From the NCBI GenBank assembly GCA_964567755.1, contig CAZMNW010000047.1, positions 80,229 through 144,228 on the forward strand: DNA of 64,000 bases, read 5' to 3'. A program made the position numbers and the translations under genes. Numbering within the stretch: the first letter of the stretch is position 1; each line of letters begins with the position of its first letter. Source of the stretch: an uncultured bacterium (GTDB lineage: Bacteria; Krumholzibacteriota; Krumholzibacteriia; G020349025). The notes under the pieces are model-generated. The model was not told where the DNA came from and ran no database searches. It was given only the letters and a program-made list of their open reading frames with translations. Below, piece by piece: positions 9,371 through 19,792 of the stretch.

Positions 9371-11350
9371 ATGTCCGCGCGGCTGCCGTTCAATGCGACT
9401 TCTCGTGTCGTGCGTGCGCCCTTGCGAGCGCACTGTGGGTGTGTGGGAAGTGGGGTGGTGTGCGTGCGCAATCCATATCGACTGCGGCTCGAAACTCCCG
9501 AGGGTCATCCGAATCAACTGTTCTCTTTCCTGGCTCCCGGCAGCGAGCAGGACGACACGCGTCTCGCCGTGCTCGTCGCCTGGCACGATCGGGCGGCGAA
9601 GGCTGCCTTGGAACCGGTGTTCCATGCCTTGACTCGCGACTACGCCGACCTGCGCACGCCCTCGGGTGCGCGTCTCGAAGATTTCGTTCAGGCCCTCGAC
9701 GCCGCAGCGACCGCGCTCGACCCCGAGCAAATCCGCGGCTTCGACTGCGCCATCGTGCTCTGTCGCGGGCGTGGGCTGTACCTGCTGTATTCCGCTGCCA
9801 TGACGCCACAGTTCAGCATCGGGGGACCGGCGCAGCCACTGCAGTCGACCTTGCGCGTGCGGGTCAAGAACCTGCCGTTGCATGGTGACGAAGGCAGTCT
9901 TTCGCGCTCGGCGGCGCGTCTCGAGCTCGTCCGTGTGTTCTTCGAAGACGAAGATCGCGTCGTCCTCTGGCTCGACCATCCCACCACGGGCACGGCCCTG
10001 CCCGCGGCCGCCGTGGGTGGCAAAGCGGCAACGGCCCGCATCGTCCTGCACAAGGAACCCGCTGTCGGCGAGGAGACCGTCGAGGCCCCGGCGAGCAGCT
10101 GGCCGGAGTCGCCGGAAACCGCCGGCAAGGACCGCGTGCGCATGTCCTATGTCGCCATCGCGCTGGTGGCGGTCGTGTTCGTGACCGCGCTGTTCGGCAT
10201 GTCGCGCTGGCGCGCCATGGGGACCGACGGCCTAGCCGACGCCGACTCCTTCTTCGGCGACCGCGTCGACTCGCGCCTGGAGACCCGCCCGCCAGCCCGC
10301 GTGTCCGCGGATGTGGCCGAAGAGCCCGCGCGCAGCGACGAGGACAAACCCGACACGCAGCTGACCGCCGGCCATCCAGCGGACGCGTCGTTGCAATTGC
10401 TGTGGAAGAAGAACTACGGCGATTGGATCACCTCGTCGCCGCGACTCGCGCAGGGCAACGTCGTCTATGGCTGCCGCGATGGCAGTCTCTACGCCGTGCG
10501 CCAGAGCGGCGAGCCGCTGTGGGACTACGACTCTGGCGCCGGAATCGGCGCCACCCCGGAAGTGGATGGAACCCGGCTCTATTGTGGCAACTACGCAGGG
10601 CGCGCGTTCGCGTTGCGTTGCCTCGATGGCGCCGAGCTGTGGGCCCATGACCTCGGGGCGCGACTTGTCGCCTCGCCGACGCTGGGCAAGGGCCTCGTCT
10701 TCTACCAGACCTACGCCGGTCAAGTCGTGGCACTCGAACAGAAGACCGGCCATTTGGTTTGGAAGCAGCACATCGGCGGTCAGCTGCGTGCACGCGCCAT
10801 CGCCATCGGCAAGCAAGTGCTGGTGACGACCGGCGACGGCACGTTGCTGGCTCTGGAACAGAAAACCGGCAAGACGACATGGAGCGTCGCGTTGGGGGCG
10901 CGTGTCATCTCCAACCCCGCGCACATCGACGATCTTGTGGTCCTGGCGAGTCAGGATGGCCAGGTCCACGCTCTGAAAACAAAGAATGGTGAGCTGGCCT
11001 GGCGCGTTGATCTTGGCGGCACTTTGGAGTCGGGCGTCGCCGCAGACGAGGATCGTCTCTACATCGGCAGCGTCGACCGCCATGTGTACGCGCTGCGCCG
11101 CGACGACGGCAGCATTGCCTGGCGCTTCAAGACCGGCGGTGCCATCCGGTCGACACCGTGGGTGGAAGACAGCAAGGTGTACGTCACGTCCTACGACCGT
11201 CACACCTACGTGTTCGATGGCGAATCGGGCACCGTTCTGGCGAAACAGGCGTCGCGAGCGCCGATCTACTCATCGCCGCTCGTCCACGACGGCAAGGTGT
11301 ATTTCGGCTCGAACGACGGCACGTTCTACTGCCTGAGCGCTTTGCGCTAG
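9371..11350 (+). CDS. Membrane-anchored PQQ-like beta-propeller repeat protein with a large N-terminal cytoplasmic domain of unknown function
   Basis: A ~270-aa N-terminal region is followed by a TM helix ('MSYVAIALVAVVFVTALFGM'). The C-terminal PQQ/BamB-like repeats include 'GNVVYGCRDGSLYAVRQSGEPLWDYD', 'DGQVHALKTKNGELAWRVDLGG' and 'DGKVYFGSNDGTFYCL'. The exact start is uncertain; an internal GTG/ATG is possible. Confidence 0.6.
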   Translation: MSARLPFNATSRVVRAPLRAHCGCVGSGVVCVRNPYRLRLETPEGHPNQLFSFLAPGSEQDDTRLAVLVAWHDRAAKAALEPVFHALTRDYADLRTPSGARLEDFVQALDAAATALDPEQIRGFDCAIVLCRGRGLYLLYSAAMTPQFSIGGPAQPLQSTLRVRVKNLPLHGDEGSLSRSAARLELVRVFFEDEDRVVLWLDHPTTGTALPAAAVGGKAATARIVLHKEPAVGEETVEAPASSWPESPETAGKDRVRMSYVAIALVAVVFVTALFGMSRWRAMGTDGLADADSFFGDRVDSRLETRPPARVSADVAEEPARSDEDKPDTQLTAGHPADASLQLLWKKNYGDWITSSPRLAQGNVVYGCRDGSLYAVRQSGEPLWDYDSGAGIGATPEVDGTRLYCGNYAGRAFALRCLDGAELWAHDLGARLVASPTLGKGLVFYQTYAGQVVALEQKTGHLVWKQHIGGQLRARAIAIGKQVLVTTGDGTLLALEQKTGKTTWSVALGARVISNPAHIDDLVVLASQDGQVHALKTKNGELAWRVDLGGTLESGVAADEDRLYIGSVDRHVYALRRDDGSIAWRFKTGGAIRSTPWVEDSKVYVTSYDRHTYVFDGESGTVLAKQASRAPIYSSPLVHDGKVYFGSNDGTFYCLSALR

Positions 11351-11376
11351 GTCAACCGAGCTGCGGCCCCTGGGAA

Positions 11377-11394
11377 AGTCCCAAGGGCTTGGGA
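11377..11394 (+). terminator. Putative GC-rich hairpin (GTCCCAAG-GGC-CTTGGGAC) immediately after the PQQ-protein stop
   Basis: Perfect 8-bp inverted repeat 27 nt downstream of the stop at 11350. No T-tract follows, so it could instead be a structure in the secA 5'-UTR. Confidence 0.3.
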
Positions 11395-11551
11395 CCCTGT
11401 GCGCACCCCCTTGGCTTTCCATCCCCGGCTCGAAGCCCTATCCTGCGCCGCCGGTCCGCGTCTGGACCGGCGGCGTTGTCCGGTCCGGCGGGTCCGCCTT
11501 ATTCTTGGACCGGTTTGCCCTCTGCGGAAGCGGCGCCTCGAGGAGTAGGAC

Positions 11552-14500
11552 GTGCTGGCGAAAACCCTGCGCAAAGTCTTCAAGAGCAAGTCGGAACGTG
11601 ACTTCCGACGGATGGAGCCCGTCGTCCAAGAGGTCAATCGCTGGGCCGGTGAGTACTGCAGCCTGAGCGACGAGGCGCTGCGCGACAAAACACGCGAGTT
11701 CCGCGAGCGCCTGTCCGCGGGCGCCACGCTGGAGGATTTGCTGCCGGAAGCGTTCGCTGCAGTCAAAGAGGCTTGCAGGCGCCATGTGGGCCAGAGCTGG
11801 CCCGTGGTCGGCCGGGCGACCGACTGGAACATGGTGCCGTACGATGTCCAGATCACCGGCGGCATCGCGCTGCACGAGGGCATGATTGCCGAGATGGCCA
11901 CCGGCGAGGGCAAGACGCTGGTCGCGACCATGCCGCTCTACCTGAATGCACTCGCCGGCCGCGGCGCCTTCTTGGTCACGGTGAACGACTACCTGGCGCG
12001 CCGCGATGGCGAGTGGATGGGAAAGATTTACGAGTTTCTGGGGCTCAGCATCGGCATCATCCAGAATGCCATGCGACCGCAGGAGCGGCATGCGGCCTAT
12101 CGCTGTGACATCACCTATGTGACCAATAACGAAATGGGATTCGACTACCTGCGCGACAACATGGCCACGCGCATCGAGGACCGCGTGCACCGCGATGACG
12201 CCACCCAGGTGCCCAGCAAGCAGTTCCGCTTCGCCATTGTCGACGAGGTCGACTCGGTGCTCGTCGACGAAGCGCGGACGCCGCTCATCATCGCCGGCCC
12301 GGCGCCGGAATCGCACCAGAGCGCCAACTTCATGTCGCTCCGACCCGGCATCGAGCAACTGGTGCGGCAGCAAAGCCACCTGGTGGCCGAAATGCTCCAG
12401 AGCGCCGAAGCATTGGTGGAGCCGGGCCTCGAGCAGCTCGACGGCGATGGCGAGCGTGATCTCGGGTTCAAGCTCTTGCAGGTCAAGCGCGGGGCGCCGA
12501 AACACAAGCAATTCATGAAGCTCGTGAGCCGCGAGGGGGGATTGCAGAAGTTAGTGCAGCGCATCGAGGGTGAGCTCATGCGCGACAAGCTGCTGCACAC
12601 CGCCGACGAGGACCTTTTCTTCGCCCTCGACGAGAAGAGCCACGTGGCCGACCTCACCGAGAAGGGACGCGAGGAGCTGGCCAAGCTGGTGAATCTGCCG
12701 ATGACCTTGCCGGATCTGAGCGTCGCCGTGGCCCGCATCGACGACGACGCCAGCGTTTCCAAGGCCGACAAGATCACCGCGCTCGACGCGCTGCACCGCG
12801 ACTACGCGCGCGCCAGCGATAGCTTGCACGACATCAGCCAGTTGCTGAAGGCCTATTCGTTGTTCGAAAAAGACGTGGAGTACGTCGTCCAAGAGGGCAA
12901 GGTCCTCATCGTCGACGAATACACCGGTCGCCTGATGCCGGGGCGGCGATTCTCCGACGGTCTGCACCAGGCACTCGAAGCCAAGGAAAACGTGCGCGTC
13001 GAACGCGAAACGCAGACCATGGCGACCATCACGCTGCAGAACCTGTTTCGCATGTTCGAGAAGCTGAGCGGCATGACCGGCACCGCCGAGACCGAAGCCG
13101 AAGAGCTCAAGAAGATCTACAACTTGGACGTCATGGTGATCCCGACGCACCAACCCGTACGGCGAGTGGATTTCGACGACCAGATCTACAAGACACGGCG
13201 CGAGAAGTTCAACGCCGTCATCGACGAGATCGTGCACCACCACGAGCGCGGCATGCCGGTGTTGGTCGGCACGGTGTCGGTGGAAGTCTCCGAGACGTTG
13301 TCGCGCCTGCTCAAGCGCCGCAACATCACCCACGAAGTGCTCAACGCGCGCCATCACCAGCGCGAGGCCGAGATCGTTTCTCTCGCCGGACAGAAAGGCG
13401 CGGTCACCATCGCCACCAACATGGCCGGGCGCGGCACCGACATCAAGCTCGGCCCCGGCGTCATCCTGTGCGATCGCGACCCGAACTTCGCCGGCCAACG
13501 CTGCCCGGCATGCCCGTTCGGTCGCGGCAAGAGCGGCGCCCCCAAGCCCAGCTACAAGGTGCCCGAGGGCGACATCGACGAGCCCTGTGGGCTGACAATC
13601 GTCGGCACCGAGCGGCACGAATCGCGGCGCATCGATCGCCAGCTGCGCGGACGTTCCGGGCGCCAGGGCGATCCAGGATCGTCGCGTTTCTTCATGTCGC
13701 TCGAAGACGACCTCATGCGCTTGTTCAGCCCCGAGCGCATTGCCACCATCATGGACCGCCTGGGCGTGCAAGAAGGCGAGGTCATCACGCATCCGATGGT
13801 GACGCGCGCCATCCAGCGCGCGCAGAAGCGCGTCGAGTTCCACAACTTCGACGCCCGCCAGCACCTGCTCAAGTACGACGACGTGATGAACAAGCAGCGG
13901 GAGGTCATCTACGCCAACCGGCTCGACGTGCTGCGTGGCACCGATCTGCACGCCGAGGTGCGGGGCATGGTGGGGTCTTTCGTCGACACCCAGGTCGAAG
14001 ACAAGCTGGCCGGCCAGGATTGGCCGCCCGAAGGACCGCTCGAGCCGCTGCTGTACGAGCTGCAGAGCGTGTTCCTGCGTCCCTTCGATGTCGAGGGTCT
14101 GCGCGACATGGGCGAGGACGCCGCCGCCACCCACCTGCGCCAGCAAGGCGAACAGGCGCTCGATGACCGCGAGCAGATTCTGGGCGCGGACATCATGCGC
14201 CAGCTCGAACGTTGGTCGTACCTGCGCGCCATCGACGAAAAATGGATGGATCATTTGCGCGAGCTCGATCACTTGCGCTCCGGGGTGTCGTTGCGCGCCT
14301 ACGGGCAGAAGGATCCGCTGCTCGAATACAAGTCCGAAGCCTTCGGCATGTTCGAAGAGCTGCTCAAAGACGTTGACAGGCAGACCTTGAATCTCCTATG
14401 CCACGCTCAGGTCTCCGTGCGTCCTCCGGAGATGCAACGCGCGCCCACGGAAGCGCTGTCGTCGATCCACACGGCCGCCCAGACGTTGGCGCCGGCGGCA

Positions 14501-14707
14501 GCGCGCGGCACGTCGATCGCGCCGCCTCCCGTGCCGCGTCTGCCGGGGAGCGGCGGCCTGCCGGCCGGCTTCGGGCCCCTCGGCACGGCGCCGGGTGCGC
14601 CACGCGGCGGGCAAACGCCGGTGCGCCATGCCGGTCCCAAAGTGGGACGCAACGATCCGTGCCCGTGCGCCAGCGGCAAGAAGTTCAAGTTCTGTCACGG
14701 GGCCTGA
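11552..14707 (+). CDS. secA: Preprotein translocase ATPase SecA
   Basis: N-terminus '[28 protein letters not shown]'. DEAD-like motor motifs are present. C-terminal zinc-binding tail '[17 protein letters not shown]'. GTG start preceded by an AGGAG ribosome-binding site. Confidence 0.95.
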   Translation: MLAKTLRKVFKSKSERDFRRMEPVVQEVNRWAGEYCSLSDEALRDKTREFRERLSAGATLEDLLPEAFAAVKEACRRHVGQSWPVVGRATDWNMVPYDVQITGGIALHEGMIAEMATGEGKTLVATMPLYLNALAGRGAFLVTVNDYLARRDGEWMGKIYEFLGLSIGIIQNAMRPQERHAAYRCDITYVTNNEMGFDYLRDNMATRIEDRVHRDDATQVPSKQFRFAIVDEVDSVLVDEARTPLIIAGPAPESHQSANFMSLRPGIEQLVRQQSHLVAEMLQSAEALVEPGLEQLDGDGERDLGFKLLQVKRGAPKHKQFMKLVSREGGLQKLVQRIEGELMRDKLLHTADEDLFFALDEKSHVADLTEKGREELAKLVNLPMTLPDLSVAVARIDDDASVSKADKITALDALHRDYARASDSLHDISQLLKAYSLFEKDVEYVVQEGKVLIVDEYTGRLMPGRRFSDGLHQALEAKENVRVERETQTMATITLQNLFRMFEKLSGMTGTAETEAEELKKIYNLDVMVIPTHQPVRRVDFDDQIYKTRREKFNAVIDEIVHHHERGMPVLVGTVSVEVSETLSRLLKRRNITHEVLNARHHQREAEIVSLAGQKGAVTIATNMAGRGTDIKLGPGVILCDRDPNFAGQRCPACPFGRGKSGAPKPSYKVPEGDIDEPCGLTIVGTERHESRRIDRQLRGRSGRQGDPGSSRFFMSLEDDLMRLFSPERIATIMDRLGVQEGEVITHPMVTRAIQRAQKRVEFHNFDARQHLLKYDDVMNKQREVIYANRLDVLRGTDLHAEVRGMVGSFVDTQVEDKLAGQDWPPEGPLEPLLYELQSVFLRPFDVEGLRDMGEDAAATHLRQQGEQALDDREQILGADIMRQLERWSYLRAIDEKWMDHLRELDHLRSGVSLRAYGQKDPLLEYKSEAFGMFEELLKDVDRQTLNLLCHAQVSVRPPEMQRAPTEALSSIHTAAQTLAPAAARGTSIAPPPVPRLPGSGGLPAGFGPLGTAPGAPRGGQTPVRHAGPKVGRNDPCPCASGKKFKFCHGA

Positions 14708-14735
14708 ACCGATCCTCGAGCGAAATGGAACCGCC

Positions 14736-16952
14736 GTGAGCAAGTCTCTGGTCATCGTCGAGTCGCCGGCCAAAGCGCGCACGATCAAGAAGTACCTCGG
14801 TGGCGATTTCGACGTGCGGGCGTCCATCGGGCACGTCATCGACCTGCCGAAGAGCGAGCTCGGCGTCGACGTCGACAACGGCTTCGAGCCCAAGTACGTG
14901 ACCATCAAGGGCAAGACCAAGGTGTTGCAAGAGCTCAAGACGGCGAGCAAGAAGGTCGACCGCATCTTTTTGGCCACCGATCTCGACCGCGAGGGCGAGG
15001 CCATTGCCTGGCACCTGCAGAACTTCCTCGGCGGCGTGCAGCCCAATGTCAAGCGCATCATTTTCAACGAGATCACGCCGCGCGCCATCCAGGAGGCCAT
15101 CGCGAACCCGGGCGACGTCGACCAGCACAAGGTCGACGCGCAGCAAGCTCGCCGCATCCTCGATCGCTTGGTCGGGTACCTGGTGAGCCCCGTGCTGTGG
15201 CAGGTGTTCTACTACGGGCTCTCGGCGGGCCGGGTGCAATCGGTGGCGCTGCGTCTCATCTGCGAGCGCGAGCGCGAGATCCGCGCCTTCTTGCCGCAGG
15301 AGTTCTGGTCGATCACGGCATTGCTGCACACAGCGGACGTGAAACCGGGGACGGGCGATTTCGAGGCTCGGCTGCGCAGCTGGAAGGGCGACAAGGCCGA
15401 GCTCAAGTCGCAGGAGCAGGCCGATGCCGTGCTGGCCGCGTTGGCGCGCGCCGCCTTTCGCGTCGCCACCGTCGAGGTCAAGGAAAAGCGGCGCAATCCG
15501 TACCCGCCCTTCATTACCAGCACACTGCAGCAAGACGCTGCGCGGCGTCTGCGTTTTTCGGCCAAGAAGACCATGATGCTGGCGCAGCAACTGTACGAGG
15601 GCATCGAGCTCGGCAGCGAGGGGCCGGTCGGCCTCATCACCTACATGCGCACCGATTCGACGCGCCTTTCCGACCAAGCGCGCGGGGAAGGCATTGCCTA
15701 TGTGCGCGCGCACCTGGGCGAAGACTATCTCGCCACCACCCAGCGCCAGTTCAAGCAGGGCAAGAGCGTCCAGGACGCGCACGAGGCCATCCGCCCGACC
15801 GCTGTGGAGAGAACCCCCGAGCAATTGAAGCGACATTTGAGCCCCGACCAGATGGCGCTTTACGATCTGGTCTGGCGGCGTTTTCTGGCGTCGCTCATGG
15901 CGAGCGCCGTCTATCGCACCACCACCGCCGACATCGAGGCCGGGGATGCCATCTTCCGTGCCACCGGGTCGGAGCTGCAGTTCGACGGCTTCATGCGCAT
16001 CTACCCGGACGTGCGCGAGAAGGAAGACACCGAGGGCATCCTGCCGGCGCTCGCCGTCGGCCAGACCTTGTCCTTGCGCGAGATCGTGCCCAAGCAGCAC
16101 TTCACCGAACCGCCACCGCGTTACACCGAGGCGACGTTGATCAAGGAGCTGGAGGAACGCGGCATCGGGCGCCCCAGCACCTATGCCACGATCGTCAGCA
16201 CGATCCGCGAGCGCGAATACGTTCTCAAGGAAGGCGGGCGTTTCACGCCGACAGCGCTCGGCATGGAAGTGTGGGAGGCGTTGGAGAAAGCGTTTCCCTC
16301 CATCTTCGAGGTCGATTTCACCGCACGCATGGAAACCGAGCTCGACAAGGTCGAAACCGGCGAGGACAACTGGCGCAAGGTCGTCGGTGACTTCTACTCG
16401 CCGTTCTCCAAGGTGCTGGAAGGGCTCAAGAGCGACCCCGCGGCGCTCAAGAATCTGCTCAATCATGGCAGCGAGATCATCTGCGACAAGTGCGGCGCGA
16501 CGATGATGAAAAAATGGGGACGCAACGGCCCGTTCCTCGCGTGCCCGAACTATCCGAAATGCCGCAACACGAAATCGTTGGAGGGCGAGAGCGAGGTCGT
16601 CAAGCTCGGCAAGCCCTGCCCGCAGTGCGGCAGTGAGATGATCAAGAAACGCGGGCGTTATGGCGAGTTCGGCGCCTGTCCGAACTATCCGACCTGCAAG
16701 TACACCGAACCGCTTTCGATCGGCGTCGCGTGTCCGCGCGGGTGTGGCGGCCACATGGCACAAAAGCGCAGCGCCCGCGGTCGCACCTTCTACGGCTGCA
16801 GCCGCTACCCAGCCTGCGACTTCGCCGCCTGGGACAAACCCACCGGCGAGAAGTGCACCGCCTGCGGCGTCGGCGATCTGGTGGAGAAGAACACCAAATC
16901 GAAGGGAATCTTCAAGAAGTGCCCGGCGTGCAAAGAAGAGTTCGTGGATTGA
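14736..16952 (+). CDS. topA: DNA topoisomerase I
   Basis: TOPRIM N-terminus 'SKSLVIVESPAKARTIKKYLGGDFDVRASIGHVIDLP'. Three or four C-terminal C4 zinc ribbons ('CDKCGATMMKKWGRNGPFLACPNYPKCRNT' and others). GTG start 29 nt after the secA stop. Confidence 0.95.
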   Translation: MSKSLVIVESPAKARTIKKYLGGDFDVRASIGHVIDLPKSELGVDVDNGFEPKYVTIKGKTKVLQELKTASKKVDRIFLATDLDREGEAIAWHLQNFLGGVQPNVKRIIFNEITPRAIQEAIANPGDVDQHKVDAQQARRILDRLVGYLVSPVLWQVFYYGLSAGRVQSVALRLICEREREIRAFLPQEFWSITALLHTADVKPGTGDFEARLRSWKGDKAELKSQEQADAVLAALARAAFRVATVEVKEKRRNPYPPFITSTLQQDAARRLRFSAKKTMMLAQQLYEGIELGSEGPVGLITYMRTDSTRLSDQARGEGIAYVRAHLGEDYLATTQRQFKQGKSVQDAHEAIRPTAVERTPEQLKRHLSPDQMALYDLVWRRFLASLMASAVYRTTTADIEAGDAIFRATGSELQFDGFMRIYPDVREKEDTEGILPALAVGQTLSLREIVPKQHFTEPPPRYTEATLIKELEERGIGRPSTYATIVSTIREREYVLKEGGRFTPTALGMEVWEALEKAFPSIFEVDFTARMETELDKVETGEDNWRKVVGDFYSPFSKVLEGLKSDPAALKNLLNHGSEIICDKCGATMMKKWGRNGPFLACPNYPKCRNTKSLEGESEVVKLGKPCPQCGSEMIKKRGRYGEFGACPNYPTCKYTEPLSIGVACPRGCGGHMAQKRSARGRTFYGCSRYPACDFAAWDKPTGEKCTACGVGDLVEKNTKSKGIFKKCPACKEEFVD

Positions 16953-17863
16953 CCGCAAGGCCGCAATCGGCAAGTGCAGACACCCAGGAGACTGCGTGGC
17001 TGCCGGGATTCGTGCTGCACCTGCGCTCGGCCAATTGCGCCCCGCGCACGATCGAGGCCTATGCGCGCGACGTGCGTGCGTTCTTCGCCACCTGTGGTTT
17101 GGAACCGGCGGTGGTCAAGCGCGACGACGTCCGCGCGCATCTCGCCACTCTCGTGCGCGCTGGTCGCAGCCCGCGCACCGTAGCGCGGCAGCTGGCGGCG
17201 CTGCGCCGCTGCTTCCGCTACTGGGTGGACACGAGCGCGCTCGCCGCCGACCCGACGCTTGGCTTGCGGCCGCCGCGGCGCGCGCGCACGTTGCCGCGCC
17301 ATTTGGACGAGGCCGCGGCGTTGCGCCTGCTCGACGTTCCCGACACGCGCTCCCAAGAGGGCCGGCGCGATCGCGCCATCCTCGAGCTCTTCTACGGCAC
17401 CGGCATGCGTTTGTCCGAGCTCGTCGAGCTCGATCGTGATGACATAGAGCCGCACACCGAGTGCATTCGCGTCGTCGGCAAGGGCGACAAGGAACGCGTC
17501 CTCCCGCTTCTCGGCCAGGTCCGCCGCGCTGTGTGCGCCTACCTGGACTCGACACCGGTGCCGACGACAGCGGCGGCGGATGACCGCATCCCGCTGTTTC
17601 TCGGGCGCGCCGAGCGCCGATTGTCGCGGCGCACGGTGCAACGCCTGGTGCGTGCCGCCATCCAGAGTGCCGCGTCCGCCTCGAAGGCGAGCCCGCACGT
17701 GCTGCGCCACAGTTTCGCCACCCACATGCTGAACGCAGGCGCCGATCTCCGCGCCGTGCAGGAGCTGCTCGGCCACAGCCGTTTGTCGACGACACAGGTG
17801 TACACGCACGTCTCCATCGAGCGCGCCCGGCGCGCCTACGATCGCGCCCATCCGCGCGCCTAG
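16949..17863 (+). CDS. xerC: Tyrosine site-specific recombinase XerC
   Basis: N-domain 'RTIEAYARDVRAFF'. Catalytic C-terminus 'HVLRHSFATHMLNAGADLRAVQELLGHSRLSTTQVYTHV'. Sits upstream of hslVU, as in the Bacillus codV-clpQ-clpY arrangement. There is no in-frame ATG, so the start is a TTG at 16949 or a GTG at 16928, overlapping the topA stop; the start is uncertain. Confidence 0.8.
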   Translation: MTARPQSASADTQETAWLPGFVLHLRSANCAPRTIEAYARDVRAFFATCGLEPAVVKRDDVRAHLATLVRAGRSPRTVARQLAALRRCFRYWVDTSALAADPTLGLRPPRRARTLPRHLDEAAALRLLDVPDTRSQEGRRDRAILELFYGTGMRLSELVELDRDDIEPHTECIRVVGKGDKERVLPLLGQVRRAVCAYLDSTPVPTTAAADDRIPLFLGRAERRLSRRTVQRLVRAAIQSAASASKASPHVLRHSFATHMLNAGADLRAVQELLGHSRLSTTQVYTHVSIERARRAYDRAHPRA

Positions 17864-17872
17864 GAGGCCTCG

Positions 17873-18415
17873 ATGCCGATCTTGCGTTCCACCACGATTC
17901 TCGGCGTGCGCGTGCGTGGCGCGAGCGCGCTCGGCGGCGATGGCCAAGTGACGCTCGGCGCCACGGTGATGAAACACAGCGCACGCAAGGTGCGATCCTT
18001 GCGCGGCGGCGCCGTGCTCGCCGGTTTCGCCGGCGCCGCGGCGGATGGGTTCACTCTATTCGAGCGCATCGAGAAGAAGCTCGACGAGCACGGCGGCCGC
18101 CTGGCCCGCGCCGCGGTCGAGGTGGCCCGAGATTGGCGAAGCGACCGCATCCTGCGGCGGCTGGATGCGCTCATGATCGTCATGGACCTAGAGCAGAGCT
18201 TCGTCATTTCCGGCAATGGCGACGTCATCGAGCCCGACGACGGCATTCTCGCCATCGGTTCCGGCGGCCCGTACGCGTTGGCCGCGGCGCGCGCGTTGGT
18301 GCAGCACACCGAGCTCGACGCGGAACAGGTGGTGCGGCACGCGCTGGACATAGCCGCCGGGATCTGCGTCTACACCAACCGCGAAACCACCGTGTTGACG
18401 CTCGCGGGAGCTTAG
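17873..18415 (+). CDS. hslV: ATP-dependent protease subunit HslV
   Basis: '[41 protein letters not shown]' with the N-terminal Thr nucleophile after Met removal. AGGAGG ribosome-binding site. Confidence 0.95.
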   Translation: MPILRSTTILGVRVRGASALGGDGQVTLGATVMKHSARKVRSLRGGAVLAGFAGAAADGFTLFERIEKKLDEHGGRLARAAVEVARDWRSDRILRRLDALMIVMDLEQSFVISGNGDVIEPDDGILAIGSGGPYALAAARALVQHTELDAEQVVRHALDIAAGICVYTNRETTVLTLAGA

Positions 18416-19783
18416 ATGAGCTCCACCGACTTCGTGCGCATCGATGCCGCTTCTGCGCTCACGCCACGGCAGATCACGGCCGAGCTCGACCAGTACATCG
18501 TCGGGCAAGCGGCGGCGAAGCGCGCCGTGGCCATTGCGCTGCGCAACCGCTGGCGCCGGCTGCAAGCGCCGGAGGCGCTAAGAAGCGAGATCCTGCCCAA
18601 CAACATCATCCTCATCGGCCCCACCGGCGTCGGCAAGACCGAGATCGCGCGCCGTTTGGCGAAGCTGGCGCGCGCGCCATTCGTCAAGGTCGAGGCCACC
18701 AAGTTCACCGAGGTGGGGTACGTCGGGCGCGACGTCGAGTCCATAGTGCGCGATCTGACCGAGGTGGGGATGGCCGAGGTCAAGGCCGAATGGGGGCGCA
18801 AGGTCGAAGATCAGGCGGCTTCTCGTGTCGAACAGCGATTGCTCGATCTGCTGCTGCCCGCAGTTCCCGCCGCGCCCGCGGACCCGGAAGCGCGCGAACG
18901 CCTCGGCCGGACGCGCGACAAGCTGCGCGATCTGCTGCGCGCCGGCGAGCTCGAAGAGCGCCAGATCAACGTCGACGTGCCGCAACGCACGCTGCCGATG
19001 TTCGAGATTTTTTCCGGCTCCGGCAGCGAAGAGATGGGCGTCAACATGAGCGAAACCCTCGGCAACCTTTTTCCCGGCCGGCGCCGGAGAAGCGAGCTGC
19101 CGGTGCGCGAAGCACGCCCATTGCTCCATGCCGAGGAAGTGGACAAGCTGGTGGACATGGAGAAGGTGCGCCGGGAGGCAGTGCATCGCGTCGAGACTGC
19201 GGGCATCGTCTTCCTCGACGAGATCGACAAGATCGCCGGTCATGGCGAGGCTCACGGTCCGGATGTGTCGCGGCAAGGAGTGCAACGGGACCTGCTGCCG
19301 ATCGTCGAGGGCTCGAACGTCAGCACCAAACACGGAGTGGTGCGCACCGATCACATTCTGTTCATTGCCGCCGGCGCCTTTCATGCCACCAAGCCCAGCG
19401 ATCTCATTCCGGAGCTCCAGGGTCGTTTCCCGATTCGGGTCGAACTTTCCTCGCTTGGCGAAGCCGATTTCGTCCGCATCCTGACCGAACCGCGCAACGC
19501 GCTCGTGCGCCAGTACGCCGCCCTCATCGAGGCCGAGCAAGGCCAGCTCGAGTTCACCGCGGACGCGATCGCGGAGATCGCGCACATCGCGACCCAGGTC
19601 AACGAAACCAGCGAGAACATCGGCGCCCGTCGGCTGCACACGGTGATGACCACCCTCCTCGACGACGTGCTATTCGACTTGCCCGAGTCGGGAGCGGAGA
19701 TGATTCGTGTCGACGCCGCATTCGTGCGCCGCCGTCTCGATCCGATCCTGCGCGACGAAGACCTGAGGCGCTACATCCTGTGA
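18416..19783 (+). CDS. hslU: ATP-dependent protease ATPase subunit HslU
   Basis: '[26 protein letters not shown]', Walker A '[39 protein letters not shown]'. ATG immediately follows the hslV stop. Confidence 0.95.
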   Translation: MSSTDFVRIDAASALTPRQITAELDQYIVGQAAAKRAVAIALRNRWRRLQAPEALRSEILPNNIILIGPTGVGKTEIARRLAKLARAPFVKVEATKFTEVGYVGRDVESIVRDLTEVGMAEVKAEWGRKVEDQAASRVEQRLLDLLLPAVPAAPADPEARERLGRTRDKLRDLLRAGELEERQINVDVPQRTLPMFEIFSGSGSEEMGVNMSETLGNLFPGRRRRSELPVREARPLLHAEEVDKLVDMEKVRREAVHRVETAGIVFLDEIDKIAGHGEAHGPDVSRQGVQRDLLPIVEGSNVSTKHGVVRTDHILFIAAGAFHATKPSDLIPELQGRFPIRVELSSLGEADFVRILTEPRNALVRQYAALIEAEQGQLEFTADAIAEIAHIATQVNETSENIGARRLHTVMTTLLDDVLFDLPESGAEMIRVDAAFVRRRLDPILRDEDLRRYIL

Positions 19784-19792
19784 GGCCTTCGC

